This document shows positions 7,148 to 15,852 of a DNA stretch of 55,966 nucleotides, piece after piece. Below the pieces are notes generated by a model. It was not told where the DNA came from, searched no databases, and saw nothing but the letters and a program-made list of their open reading frames with translations. Within the stretch, counting starts at the first letter, position 1, and each line of letters begins with the position of its first letter. This DNA comes from Acidimicrobiaceae bacterium (GTDB lineage Bacteria > Actinomycetota > Acidimicrobiia > Acidimicrobiales > RAAP-2). Location of the stretch: positions 1-55,966 of the forward strand of contig JBAWYN010000001.1 of assembly GCA_037143535.1 (NCBI GenBank), written 5' to 3'. A program made the translations under genes and the position numbers.

Positions 7148-8751
7148 TAGGAATTTGAGCGTTTTCTTTCTGCATTTCGCTCTGCTTCAAGTCGTTCTAG
7201 GTCAGTATCAGAGAAATCTACGTAACTCATTGAGTCTGCAATTGCAGCGTGTCCCGCCTCTTCACGAATGAGCCTTGCCATCTCGTGAGCAACTCTGCGG
7301 TAGCTCGGGTGACCCTGGGGTCCGGAGCGAAGCTCAATGAGGTGCATTGCTTCTCTGGCGTTCATTTCCATGACGTATCTGATTCTGAAAGCCAATGCGA
7401 CGCAGTACTGCGCTTGTTCCGGGAACTGCTCTCGCATGTCGTAGTAGAGGCTTGCTGAGCGTTCTAGGGACGCTACAAAGGGTTCTGTGAGCCCCGCTTC
7501 CTCAATTATGTCTGGAACATCGAAACCGAGCTCAACCGTGAGGGGTTGCCATTCAATGGTGAGCAGTCGGTGACGCTGGAGATCTCTGAAGGCGCCGTAG
7601 TCAGTAACTAGCTCGAATCGGTACATCGTTGACTCGAAGGCACGACCTGGGCGGTGACGACGGTTCTTGCGATCACCTGCGTAGGTTGCGATCAATTTTG
7701 AGCGATCGCCAGAATTCATTGTACCAACGCGCTTAGATGCTTCTTCTTGGGACATTGTCGAGTTCGCGAAGACGATTGCTTCCAGAATCTTTGATTCGCC
7801 ATCCTTGTCGTAAGCAGCAAGACGAACATGTTCGCCTGGTTCTGCTTCGATGTCATTCCACATAGAAGCAATGAGATCTTTGGTTGCACCCTTGGTTTCT
7901 GCCAAGTAGGTCGTCCAGGCAACTCCACGTTCTGCAATGTTCACTCTCTTCAGGAATGAAGGAATTACCTTTACGAGTTCATCCATCATGAGCTTTGAGT
8001 AGTCACGAACTTCTGGAAGCGGATGAGCTCTCATTCGAAGTAGTAGCGATTCGTATGCCTGTCCTGATGCGTAGATTCCGAGGTTTGAAATAGCTGACGC
8101 TGGAAGAAGTCCTCGAACAGCGTCAAGTGCTTTTGCACGAATTGCTTGTCGGTAAACAAAGTCGGTGTCTTCTGCAGTCTTTGGGAATTTTTTAGTTAGA
8201 AACTCAACCAGCTGTGGGAGCAATTCGGCGTAGGTGTCGAACATTCGGTCCATCTCACCTACGTAGCGAGCCCCAAAGGACGACATGGTGACATCGTGGT
8301 CGCGGTAGTAACGGTAATGACCGTTGCTGAGACGCTTGTCATAACCGAGGTAACGGGTCGATTGTTCGAGGTAGCTCATGAGCCGTCCCCATTCAAGAAC
8401 CTTCGTCAAAACATTGCTTGCTTGCTCGCATGCGAGGTGAACTCCACCAAGTTGTGCAACAGAGTCGTCACCGTATTCAAAGAAGATCTTCTCGTAAAGA
8501 CTTTCAGCCTTATCAAGTCCAATGGTGGCATCAATGCCAATGTCGCCGGTGAGGTCTAAATCGCCAATGAACTCGTCGAGGAATAATCTACGAAGACTCT
8601 TTGTACTGCGTGAATAACGAGCGAATAAGGCACCTTTAACAACCTCTGGGAGGTTTACAAGAGCAAAGACCGGAGACTCAAGATTCGTGAAATACCGACG
8701 AAGGATTGTGGCTTCTTCTTCTGTGAATTCCTCAACGGCATAAGAGTGCAT
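7147..8751 (-). CDS. thyX: FAD-dependent thymidylate synthase, tandem-domain ThyX type
   Basis: ARYSRS, YGDDSVAQL, SYLEQSTRY, HRPGRAFE, RDLQRHR, HLIELRS motifs; about twice the length of a single ThyX. Confidence 0.85.
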   Translation of the reverse strand: MHSYAVEEFTEEEATILRRYFTNLESPVFALVNLPEVVKGALFARYSRSTKSLRRLFLDEFIGDLDLTGDIGIDATIGLDKAESLYEKIFFEYGDDSVAQLGGVHLACEQASNVLTKVLEWGRLMSYLEQSTRYLGYDKRLSNGHYRYYRDHDVTMSSFGARYVGEMDRMFDTYAELLPQLVEFLTKKFPKTAEDTDFVYRQAIRAKALDAVRGLLPASAISNLGIYASGQAYESLLLRMRAHPLPEVRDYSKLMMDELVKVIPSFLKRVNIAERGVAWTTYLAETKGATKDLIASMWNDIEAEPGEHVRLAAYDKDGESKILEAIVFANSTMSQEEASKRVGTMNSGDRSKLIATYAGDRKNRRHRPGRAFESTMYRFELVTDYGAFRDLQRHRLLTIEWQPLTVELGFDVPDIIEEAGLTEPFVASLERSASLYYDMREQFPEQAQYCVALAFRIRYVMEMNAREAMHLIELRSGPQGHPSYRRVAHEMARLIREEAGHAAIADSMSYVDFSDTDLERLEAERNAERKRSNS

Positions 8752-8781
8752 GGATAGAAAAGATTAGAGCGCAAAGTCCCC

Positions 8782-10902
8782 TTAAGGGTGGACGCTAGAA
8801 GCGCCGGCAACAACGCTTCTGAGCACATAATCACGGGCTTCGGCGGCCACATCAGCCACTGCCGTGAGGTTGCTCATGCGGGCCAACTGCTCGCAAAGAT
8901 CAGCTACCTGCTTGGCGTTTCTGACGAAGTCACCAGGTGAAGTTTGACCAATTTCGGCGTCGGCAAGGTCAAGTACAACGCTGAGTGATGAACCTCTCGC
9001 CCACGCTGTGATCGTCGTCGCAAACTTGCCGTCTGGCTCCTTGGTGTGAGGAACCTTGTAACGCTCCTCCACTTCTCTGATCAGTGCATTCGTTGTCTGA
9101 ATTTCGTGGAGTCGGTCAGTTATGTTGGCTCGGCGTTCGCTGCCAAGGCGGTCATTAATGTTTTTCTTCTTAGTTGTTACGTTCTTACCGGCGTGAGGTG
9201 CCCTGGTTGAACGCTTCGACTCAAACACGAAGCAAGAAAGAAGTCCGGCGAGTTGAGCCGGCTCTAAGTCTTCAAAGACTCCACTCGTAATTGACTCGGC
9301 AATGAGAAGGTCGCACTCGTGATAGATCGAACGCAGCAATTGTCCTTGAGCATTGAGTTTCCAGCCATCGGTATAGCCAAGCTCTTCCAGCACCTTGTGT
9401 CGTGCAACCATCTGGTCGCCCAGTGGCCTCTTGGACGGCGTTGCTCGGCGATCGGTTTCGAACTGAGCGTACGAACACTGCACGACTTCTAGAGCGGTTT
9501 CGAACTCAAAGTGATTGATGAGGTTTGCCGTGAAGTTGTACGTGGGTCTGAATGAAGAGTGAAGATCTGAAGGCGGAGCAAGTGCAACCCTTCCAACGTC
9601 ATGAAACTCAACCTCGTTGGTGAAGCACACAATTGCGTGTCCTTCGTCGTCGAGTCCACGTCTTCCTGCTCGTCCAGTCATCTGAGAGAACTCTCCACTG
9701 GTGAGGAATTTGCGACCCGAGTCTGAGTACTTAGTGAATCTTTCGAGAGCAACTGAGCGTGCTGGCATGTTCACGCCGAGCGCCAGTGTTTCAGTAGCGA
9801 ACACGACGGCGAGAAGTCCTTCTTCGAAGCACTTTTCAACGATTTCTCGGAATGCTGGAACCATACCTGCGTGGTGAGCGCTTATGCCTCGTCGAAGACA
9901 GTCGACAAACTCGTCGTAGTCGAGTGCCTTTAGGTCGTCTTCACTGAAATTCAAGAGTCGTGCTCGAGCGATGTCTTCTATTTCACGGCGTTGATCTGGT
10001 GTCGTAAATAAGAGCCCATCGCGTCTGATTTGACTAACCGCATCGTCACAGGCAGCTCTGGAGAAAATGAACACAATCACCGGAAGCAAACCTTCGAGTT
10101 CAAGAGTCTGAAGTAACTCACTGCGGCGTGGAGCTCTGAATGGTGGCGGCGGTGCCGATGATTTTGGACCCTTCCACTTAGGCCCTGGTCGAAAGCGACG
10201 AGTGTTCTTCATCATGTTGTCAACTTTTTTCGCCTCGTCAGAGAGCTTGCCTTCGTTGAGAAGATCCGAGATCTCGGCATAGGGCTGACCACGGCGAACA
10301 ATCGCGAAGTGATTGTGGAGCTCAATTGGTCGGGTCTTTTCGATGATCACTGAGGTTGGTCCTCTAACCGATTCAAACCACTCGCCTACGAAAGCTGCGT
10401 TGCCGATTGTGGCAGACAGGGCGACGAAACGAACGGGTTGCGGGGTCAGGATAATTACTTCCTCCCAAACTCCTCCACGGAACTGGTCTTGTAGGTAGTG
10501 AACTTCATCGAGTACCACCAGGCCAAGGGTCATGATCTGCGTCGACTCAGTGAGCAACATGTTTCTAAGGACTTCTGTGGTCATGACAATAATGTCGGCA
10601 TTGCGGTTGATCGAGGTGTCGCCAGTAAGGAGTCCTACGCGGTCTTTTCCGAAGAGCTTGGAGAGCTCGTGAAACTTCTGGTTCGAGAGAGCCTTAAGTG
10701 GTGTTGTGTAGAAGGCACGTTCGCCTTTTTCGAGAACTTTCCCAATTGCGTAGTTAGCAATCAGGGTCTTTCCAGCACCAGTTGGCGCACTAACGAGGAC
10801 ATTGACGTTCTGGTCAATCGCTTCGATCGCGTTCAGTTGAAAGTGGTCTGGTCCAAAGCCAAGTCCATCGATGAACCTGCTCCGGTAATCGCCGGTGCTC
10901 AT
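8782..10902 (-). CDS. helY: Ski2-like DEAD/DEAH RNA helicase HelY
   Basis: APTGAGKT, DEVH, LSAT, HHAG, QMTGRAGRRG; C-terminal DSHCT-like SPGDFVR; follows tatC. Confidence 0.92.
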   Translation of the reverse strand: MSTGDYRSRFIDGLGFGPDHFQLNAIEAIDQNVNVLVSAPTGAGKTLIANYAIGKVLEKGERAFYTTPLKALSNQKFHELSKLFGKDRVGLLTGDTSINRNADIIVMTTEVLRNMLLTESTQIMTLGLVVLDEVHYLQDQFRGGVWEEVIILTPQPVRFVALSATIGNAAFVGEWFESVRGPTSVIIEKTRPIELHNHFAIVRRGQPYAEISDLLNEGKLSDEAKKVDNMMKNTRRFRPGPKWKGPKSSAPPPPFRAPRRSELLQTLELEGLLPVIVFIFSRAACDDAVSQIRRDGLLFTTPDQRREIEDIARARLLNFSEDDLKALDYDEFVDCLRRGISAHHAGMVPAFREIVEKCFEEGLLAVVFATETLALGVNMPARSVALERFTKYSDSGRKFLTSGEFSQMTGRAGRRGLDDEGHAIVCFTNEVEFHDVGRVALAPPSDLHSSFRPTYNFTANLINHFEFETALEVVQCSYAQFETDRRATPSKRPLGDQMVARHKVLEELGYTDGWKLNAQGQLLRSIYHECDLLIAESITSGVFEDLEPAQLAGLLSCFVFESKRSTRAPHAGKNVTTKKKNINDRLGSERRANITDRLHEIQTTNALIREVEERYKVPHTKEPDGKFATTITAWARGSSLSVVLDLADAEIGQTSPGDFVRNAKQVADLCEQLARMSNLTAVADVAAEARDYVLRSVVAGASSVHP

Positions 10903-11627
10903 TTTCTAAATAGTTTTCCAACACCTATTGAACCAAAGTAGAAAACAACCAGTGGAACAGCTAGAGCGCACATCGAGAGAGGGTCTCCGCTAGGAGTGAA
11001 TACAGCTGAGGCAATGGTGATGCCAATGCAGGCATAACGCCAGTTGTGAATAAGTGTTTTAGGTGTAACAGCACCCGCCAGCTGGAGTGCAACCAGAACC
11101 ACTGGAAACTCGAATGTGAGTCCGAATGCGAACAACATCAGCGTGATCAGCGATAGGTACTGATTCGGGTTGTACTGCGTGATCAAGGTGTTTCCACCAA
11201 CCGCTTGGAGGAATGCAAGAGCGTGACCGAAACTGAGATACGCAACAACCATTCCAATTACGAAGAAAATAACGGCAGCGATTACGAATGGAATTATGTA
11301 CTTCTTTTCATTCTTCTTTAATCCAGGGTTAATAAAACGCCAAGCCTGCCAAAAGATAACTGGTAGAGAGAAGATCATTCCACCGTAAACAGAGATTTTG
11401 ATACGAAGAGATAATCCATCCAATGGATTCGTGATCAGAAACTTGCAATTGCTAATGCTCACAGAACAGTAAGGATGTTGCAACCACTTAAGAATTGGTG
11501 CATACAAGAGGAAAGAAACAACACCGAAAACGAAGACACTAATTGTCACCACGAAAAAGCGATGACGCATCTCGGCCAAGTGCTCGGCTAGAGACATTCC
11601 TGTTGCGGCTTTACTAAAACGTCCCAT
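10899..11627 (-). CDS. tatC: Twin-arginine translocase subunit TatC
   Basis: MSLAEHLAEMR, FINPGL, FEFP, TPSGDP motifs; 6 TM segments. Confidence 0.95.
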   Translation of the reverse strand: MGRFSKAATGMSLAEHLAEMRHRFFVVTISVFVFGVVSFLLYAPILKWLQHPYCSVSISNCKFLITNPLDGLSLRIKISVYGGMIFSLPVIFWQAWRFINPGLKKNEKKYIIPFVIAAVIFFVIGMVVAYLSFGHALAFLQAVGGNTLITQYNPNQYLSLITLMLFAFGLTFEFPVVLVALQLAGAVTPKTLIHNWRYACIGITIASAVFTPSGDPLSMCALAVPLVVFYFGSIGVGKLFRK

Positions 11628-11629
11628 AC

Positions 11630-12049
11630 TTAGTTCATCGACGGATCGTTAGTTTGCGGAGTATTTTCAACAAGCGTCGTGTCAGGAGCTGGTGCTAGGT
11701 CTGTCGGAACGATTGGCAGAGCTTCAACGAGTGGAGCAACTTCTTCTCCTGCGGCTTGTTTTGCCTCTAGGTCAGCGACAATTTTTGCTGTAATTTCTTT
11801 TTCGTCAGACTGTTCAGCAAGCTTGTTGAGCATGTTCACAGGGTTTCTTGCGATTCGTGCGATGTCGCCGGCGCTAGGAAGGTCGGGCACAACTTCTCTA
11901 ACTTCGGATTCAATCTTTCGCTGGATGTTTTTGAGTGACGACCAAGCAGAGCCGAGCTTTGCAGCTACTTCAGGTAGTTTGTCCGGCCCCAGCAATAGAA
12001 GTGCCACAGCAATAATGACAATGATTTTGATTGGGCTTAAATCGAACAC
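11630..12049 (-). CDS. tatB: TatB (TatA/B family) translocase subunit
   Basis: N-terminal TM then GPDKLP and an amphipathic helix; adjacent to tatC. Confidence 0.82.
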   Translation of the reverse strand: MFDLSPIKIIVIIAVALLLLGPDKLPEVAAKLGSAWSSLKNIQRKIESEVREVVPDLPSAGDIARIARNPVNMLNKLAEQSDEKEITAKIVADLEAKQAAGEEVAPLVEALPIVPTDLAPAPDTTLVENTPQTNDPSMN

Positions 12050-12065
12050 CTAGCCATTGTAGGGC

Positions 12066-12081
12066 GATGGGCTCGCCCATC
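12066..12081 (-). terminator. GC-rich hairpin after lepB stop (possible terminator without U-tract)
   Basis: GATGGGC-TC-GCCCATC inverted repeat. Confidence 0.3.
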
Positions 12082-12083
12082 TC

Positions 12084-12770
12084 CTAGAACCAGTGGAGAC
12101 GTGAAAATGGCCAAATTCTTACAAATACTTTGCCAATTATGTTTGCACGCGGCACATAGCCCCAGTAGCGGCTGTCACAAGAGTTCGGGTGGTTATCACC
12201 AATCACAAAATATGAATTTGCTGGCACGACTTGCTTTTCGATAACGCGTGCCCCGAGTGGCTCATTGTGCGGCCAGTTTTCTTTTAAGGCAACTCCGTTC
12301 ACAAGAATGGTGTCTCCTTTTGAAGACACCTTGTCCCCGGGCACAGCCACAACTCGCTTGACAAGATCAGAAACCGCATCACCACACTCCGTTGCAACGG
12401 TCGCTGGCGCCTTAAAAACGATTATGTCGCCCGTATTTACAGTTCCGAGACTCACGCTCAGTTTGTCAACGATGATGCGATCTCCAATGAGGAGAGTTGG
12501 CTCCATTGATGCTGAAGGAATGTAATAGGTCTGGAAAATGAACACACGAGCAAAAGCGGAAACGAGAAGCGCAATTGAAATAATTACGATCCATTCGATG
12601 CCGGCCCTTCGTCTCCGGCGTCTCCCTCTAGCCCTCTTCTGGCGTTTGAGGTCTTCTTCAGACTGCATGAAGCCCATACCGGTGTATTCATCAGCGAAGG
12701 ACGAAACGTAAGGTGACCAGTCGAAATCGTTGATGTCGACTTCTTTGTTTGAGTTGTCCTCGTCAGTCAC
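12084..12770 (-). CDS. lepB: Signal peptidase I
   Basis: IPSASMEPTL (Ser), LVKRVVA (Lys), GDN...SCDSRYWG boxes. Confidence 0.95.
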   Translation of the reverse strand: MTDEDNSNKEVDINDFDWSPYVSSFADEYTGMGFMQSEEDLKRQKRARGRRRRRRAGIEWIVIISIALLVSAFARVFIFQTYYIPSASMEPTLLIGDRIIVDKLSVSLGTVNTGDIIVFKAPATVATECGDAVSDLVKRVVAVPGDKVSSKGDTILVNGVALKENWPHNEPLGARVIEKQVVPANSYFVIGDNHPNSCDSRYWGYVPRANIIGKVFVRIWPFSRLHWF

Positions 12771-12779
12771 ATGACAAGG

Positions 12780-14153
12780 TTAGTCGTGACGCTCCAGTGA
12801 GGAAATCAGTTTCCTGAACCGATCGTCAGTGCTCTTGAAGGGATCCTTCAAAAGCACTGTTCTCTGCATCTCGTCATTTAACTTCAAATGAACCCAGTCA
12901 ACCGTGTAGTCACGACGCCACTCTTTTGCAGCTTTAATGAACGTTCCTCTCATGTGAGCACGCGTTGTCGCTGGTGGTGTCGTTGTGGCAGCTTTGATGT
13001 CGTCATCGCTCACCATGCGTGTGAAGTGATCTCTGGCCTGGCGGCGGTAGTACAGGCCTTTTTCAACATTCGTGTCGTGATAGAGAAGATCAATCAGAGC
13101 AATCTTGGGATCATCGAGCTGGATGAGCGAACGTTCTTGCTCGCGCTCGATGATTTGAAGCTTCGCAATCCAGTCAACACGGTCACTCAACTGCATTGGG
13201 TCGCTTCGATATTGCTCAATCACTTCACGCCAAAGTTGAACAGCGTACTTTTGATCTTCCGGAAGTTCATCATGGCTCTGTACGAAAGCCTCTGCTCGCT
13301 CGCAAAGATCTTCTTGGATCTCGAGTGCCGTCATGTCTCGACCATTAACCAGCTTCACTGGCTCTTTGCTCCATAGGTCATAGGAGATGTCTCTCAGGGC
13401 GTTGATTGGAGAAGCCATGTTGTAATCACGAAGCACCGTCTGCTTATCTTCAATCATCGCGAGCACGACAGCTGCAGTTCCAACCTTTAGATACGTAGCG
13501 AACTCACTCATGTTGGAGTCGCCAACAATCACGTGAAGTCGACGAAAACGCTCCGCATCTGCATGGGGCTCATCCCTAGTGTTGATTATTGGACGACTTC
13601 TGGTGGTCGCAGAAGAAATTGCTTCCCAGATATGCTCGGCCCGCTGACTCATTGAGTACCTCGAGCCCTTGGCGTTGGTGACAACTTTGCCAGCGCCAGT
13701 GAAGATTTGACGGCTAATCAAATACGGAATAAAAACCTGTTCGAGGCGAGTTAGATCTTCGATTCTTTCAATGCAGTAGTTCTCGTGACATCCATAGGAG
13801 TTACCCGTGGAATCTGTGTTGTTTTTAAAAAGAAAGATCTCTCCACGGATGCCTTCGTCGTCGAGTTGTTGCTGGGCATAGTCGACAAGCTCTCGGAGAA
13901 TCATTTCTCCCGCTTTATCTTGGGCAACAACATCGTGAAGTGAATCACACTCGGCACTGGCAAACTCCGGGTGCGATCCGACGTCTAGGTAAAGACGACT
14001 TCCGTTCTCAAGAAAGACGTTGGAAGATCTCCCCCATGCCACGACTTTTCTAAACAGGAATCTCGATACTTCATCAGGGCTGAGTCGTCGCTGGCCACGA
14101 AGCGTGAAAGTGACACCGAACTCAGTTTCAATTCCATAGATTCGTCGAAGCAT
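12780..14153 (-). CDS. pafA: Pup-protein ligase PafA
   Basis: RRIYGIETEFG, NGSRLYLDVGSHPE, RDEPHAD, YTVDWVHLK. Confidence 0.96.
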   Translation of the reverse strand: MLRRIYGIETEFGVTFTLRGQRRLSPDEVSRFLFRKVVAWGRSSNVFLENGSRLYLDVGSHPEFASAECDSLHDVVAQDKAGEMILRELVDYAQQQLDDEGIRGEIFLFKNNTDSTGNSYGCHENYCIERIEDLTRLEQVFIPYLISRQIFTGAGKVVTNAKGSRYSMSQRAEHIWEAISSATTRSRPIINTRDEPHADAERFRRLHVIVGDSNMSEFATYLKVGTAAVVLAMIEDKQTVLRDYNMASPINALRDISYDLWSKEPVKLVNGRDMTALEIQEDLCERAEAFVQSHDELPEDQKYAVQLWREVIEQYRSDPMQLSDRVDWIAKLQIIEREQERSLIQLDDPKIALIDLLYHDTNVEKGLYYRRQARDHFTRMVSDDDIKAATTTPPATTRAHMRGTFIKAAKEWRRDYTVDWVHLKLNDEMQRTVLLKDPFKSTDDRFRKLISSLERHD

Positions 14154-14177
14154 GCGGTGTCCTCTCTCGCTGTTCTA

Positions 14178-14855
14178 TTAGCTGAGGAGTTCGCTCACTT
14201 GTTCATCATTAAGTCGTATAAAGGTTCGACGCGCACCACGATCTTCAAGAATGCACGCTTCTAGGTCTGATACTGGAATTGTTCGCTCAGGGCCAGAAAT
14301 TGCACTGACGCAGTCCTTCAGTGTTTGAGACAGTGGTTTCAGTTCAGTTTCGCTGGCTGCAAATCGACCCTTGATGGTCTCGGCGTCACCACCAAGCACT
14401 GCAAACATCGGCTCATCAGTGATGGTTCCTTCGTAGCCGACTCGGTACAACTTGGTTGGACGAATGTTGTTGCCTAGTTGGGCAACCAGAACCTCAACCT
14501 CGAGGGGTTTTTGACCTTCAGAAAAGACTTGACCGAGATACTGCGCAAAGTAGTTTGCGAGTGCTCGTGCATCGACATCCTCACGTGAGTAGGTGTATCC
14601 AGTTCCATCGGCCCAGCGGATACCGGCCTCTTTCAAGCGGTCGAATTCGTTGTATTTGCCAACTCCAGCGAAAGCCAGGCGGTCATACACTTCGGAAATC
14701 TTGTTAAGTGACGCCGAAGGATTCTCAGCAACCATAACGACGCCGGTTTCGTATATCGCCGCAACAATTGAACGACCTCTGGCAATTCCCTTTTGGGCAA
14801 ACTCAGCACGGTCTTTCGTTAACTGCTCTGGATTGACGTAGAAGTAATTACTCAT
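14178..14855 (-). CDS. prcA: 20S proteasome alpha subunit
   Basis: FYVNPEQ..KDRAEFAQKGIARGRS, KISEVYDR, GKYNEF. Confidence 0.96.
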   Translation of the reverse strand: MSNYFYVNPEQLTKDRAEFAQKGIARGRSIVAAIYETGVVMVAENPSASLNKISEVYDRLAFAGVGKYNEFDRLKEAGIRWADGTGYTYSREDVDARALANYFAQYLGQVFSEGQKPLEVEVLVAQLGNNIRPTKLYRVGYEGTITDEPMFAVLGGDAETIKGRFAASETELKPLSQTLKDCVSAISGPERTIPVSDLEACILEDRGARRTFIRLNDEQVSELLS

Positions 14856-15646
14856 CGAAGTGTTCCTCCAGCTATGCCACCTGAAGTAGTTCGACGGTCA
14901 TTAATGGTTTTGAAACGAGCAGCAACTGTATCAACCGCTACTTCTTGGAAGCCGTCCTCATTGATGATCACCATCATTGGAAACAGCCCGCGTACGAAAT
15001 CAGGCCCACCAGTGCTTGGGTCGTTGTCGCCCGCTTCGTAAAGAGCAAGTGCACCGAGTTCAAGGGCAGCTTCAAGGTCTAGGTCGCTTCTGAATCCAAG
15101 GCGCAGTGCGCTCTCTGCGAATGGAGAACCCGATCCAATTGTCGCAAAGTCGGACCTCTCGTAACAACCACCAGCTCCGTCGAACTCAAAGATGCGTCCT
15201 ACTTTGTGACTGGTATCCCATCCTGCGAGCAACGGCATGACGGTGAGAGGAGTTGTGAGGTTGTTGTTCTGAATAATTGGCGAGAGGTAGTTCGCTTTAC
15301 CTTCAAGACTGAGTGATGTATCGGTCATCTTCTCGTAGTGCTCGAACGAAAGTTGCGCAAGCTTGATGAACTCAATGCCGCGTGCCGCCGAGCCAGAGAT
15401 TGCAATTGCTGTGAAACGATCTGCCGCTTCAATCTTTCTGATGTCTCGACTCGCAATGTAGTGACCAGTTGCTTGGCGGTCTCCCACCATGACAACTCCA
15501 CCGATGTAACGAACGGCAATAACAGTGGTTGCGTGTGGAAGATCTATTGCCTCAGAAGACTGTGGAGCACTGAGCCCCGTGGTTTTCGCGAATCGATAGA
15601 AGTCGGGACCTGGATCGTCCTGCGCACTAAACAGCGGAAGACCCAT
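14852..15646 (-). CDS. prcB: 20S proteasome beta subunit (with propeptide)
   Basis: PHATTVIAV, GDRQAT, LSLEGKAN, GSGS, TGGPD motifs. Confidence 0.95.
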   Translation of the reverse strand: MGLPLFSAQDDPGPDFYRFAKTTGLSAPQSSEAIDLPHATTVIAVRYIGGVVMVGDRQATGHYIASRDIRKIEAADRFTAIAISGSAARGIEFIKLAQLSFEHYEKMTDTSLSLEGKANYLSPIIQNNNLTTPLTVMPLLAGWDTSHKVGRIFEFDGAGGCYERSDFATIGSGSPFAESALRLGFRSDLDLEAALELGALALYEAGDNDPSTGGPDFVRGLFPMMVIINEDGFQEVAVDTVAARFKTINDRRTTSGGIAGGTLR

Positions 15647-15648
15647 TA

Positions 15649-15843
15649 CTACTCCCCGCCCTTTTGAACGTAATTACGAACGAACTCCTCAGCGTTCTCT
15701 TCTAGGACTTCATCAATTTCGTCGAGAAGGTCATCAATGTCGTTCTTCAACTGGTCACTCTTGGTGGTGTCGACGTTTACTACGGCTTGTTCGGTGCTGG
15801 CTCGCTCGGTCTTTTGTTTTTGGATTCGTTCTTGTTCGCTCAT
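15649..15843 (-). CDS. pup: Prokaryotic ubiquitin-like protein Pup
   Basis: DDLLDEIDEVLEENAEEFVRNYVQKGGE. Confidence 0.97.
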   Translation of the reverse strand: MSEQERIQKQKTERASTEQAVVNVDTTKSDQLKNDIDDLLDEIDEVLEENAEEFVRNYVQKGGE

Positions 15844-15852
15844 AGTTCTTTT

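Noticed and set aside
12063-12110. GGCGATGGGCTCGCC resembles the 5' end of a fluoride riboswitch
   Set aside because: It is on the strand opposite the local genes, far from crcB, and lacks the downstream pseudoknot segment; a simple hairpin explains it
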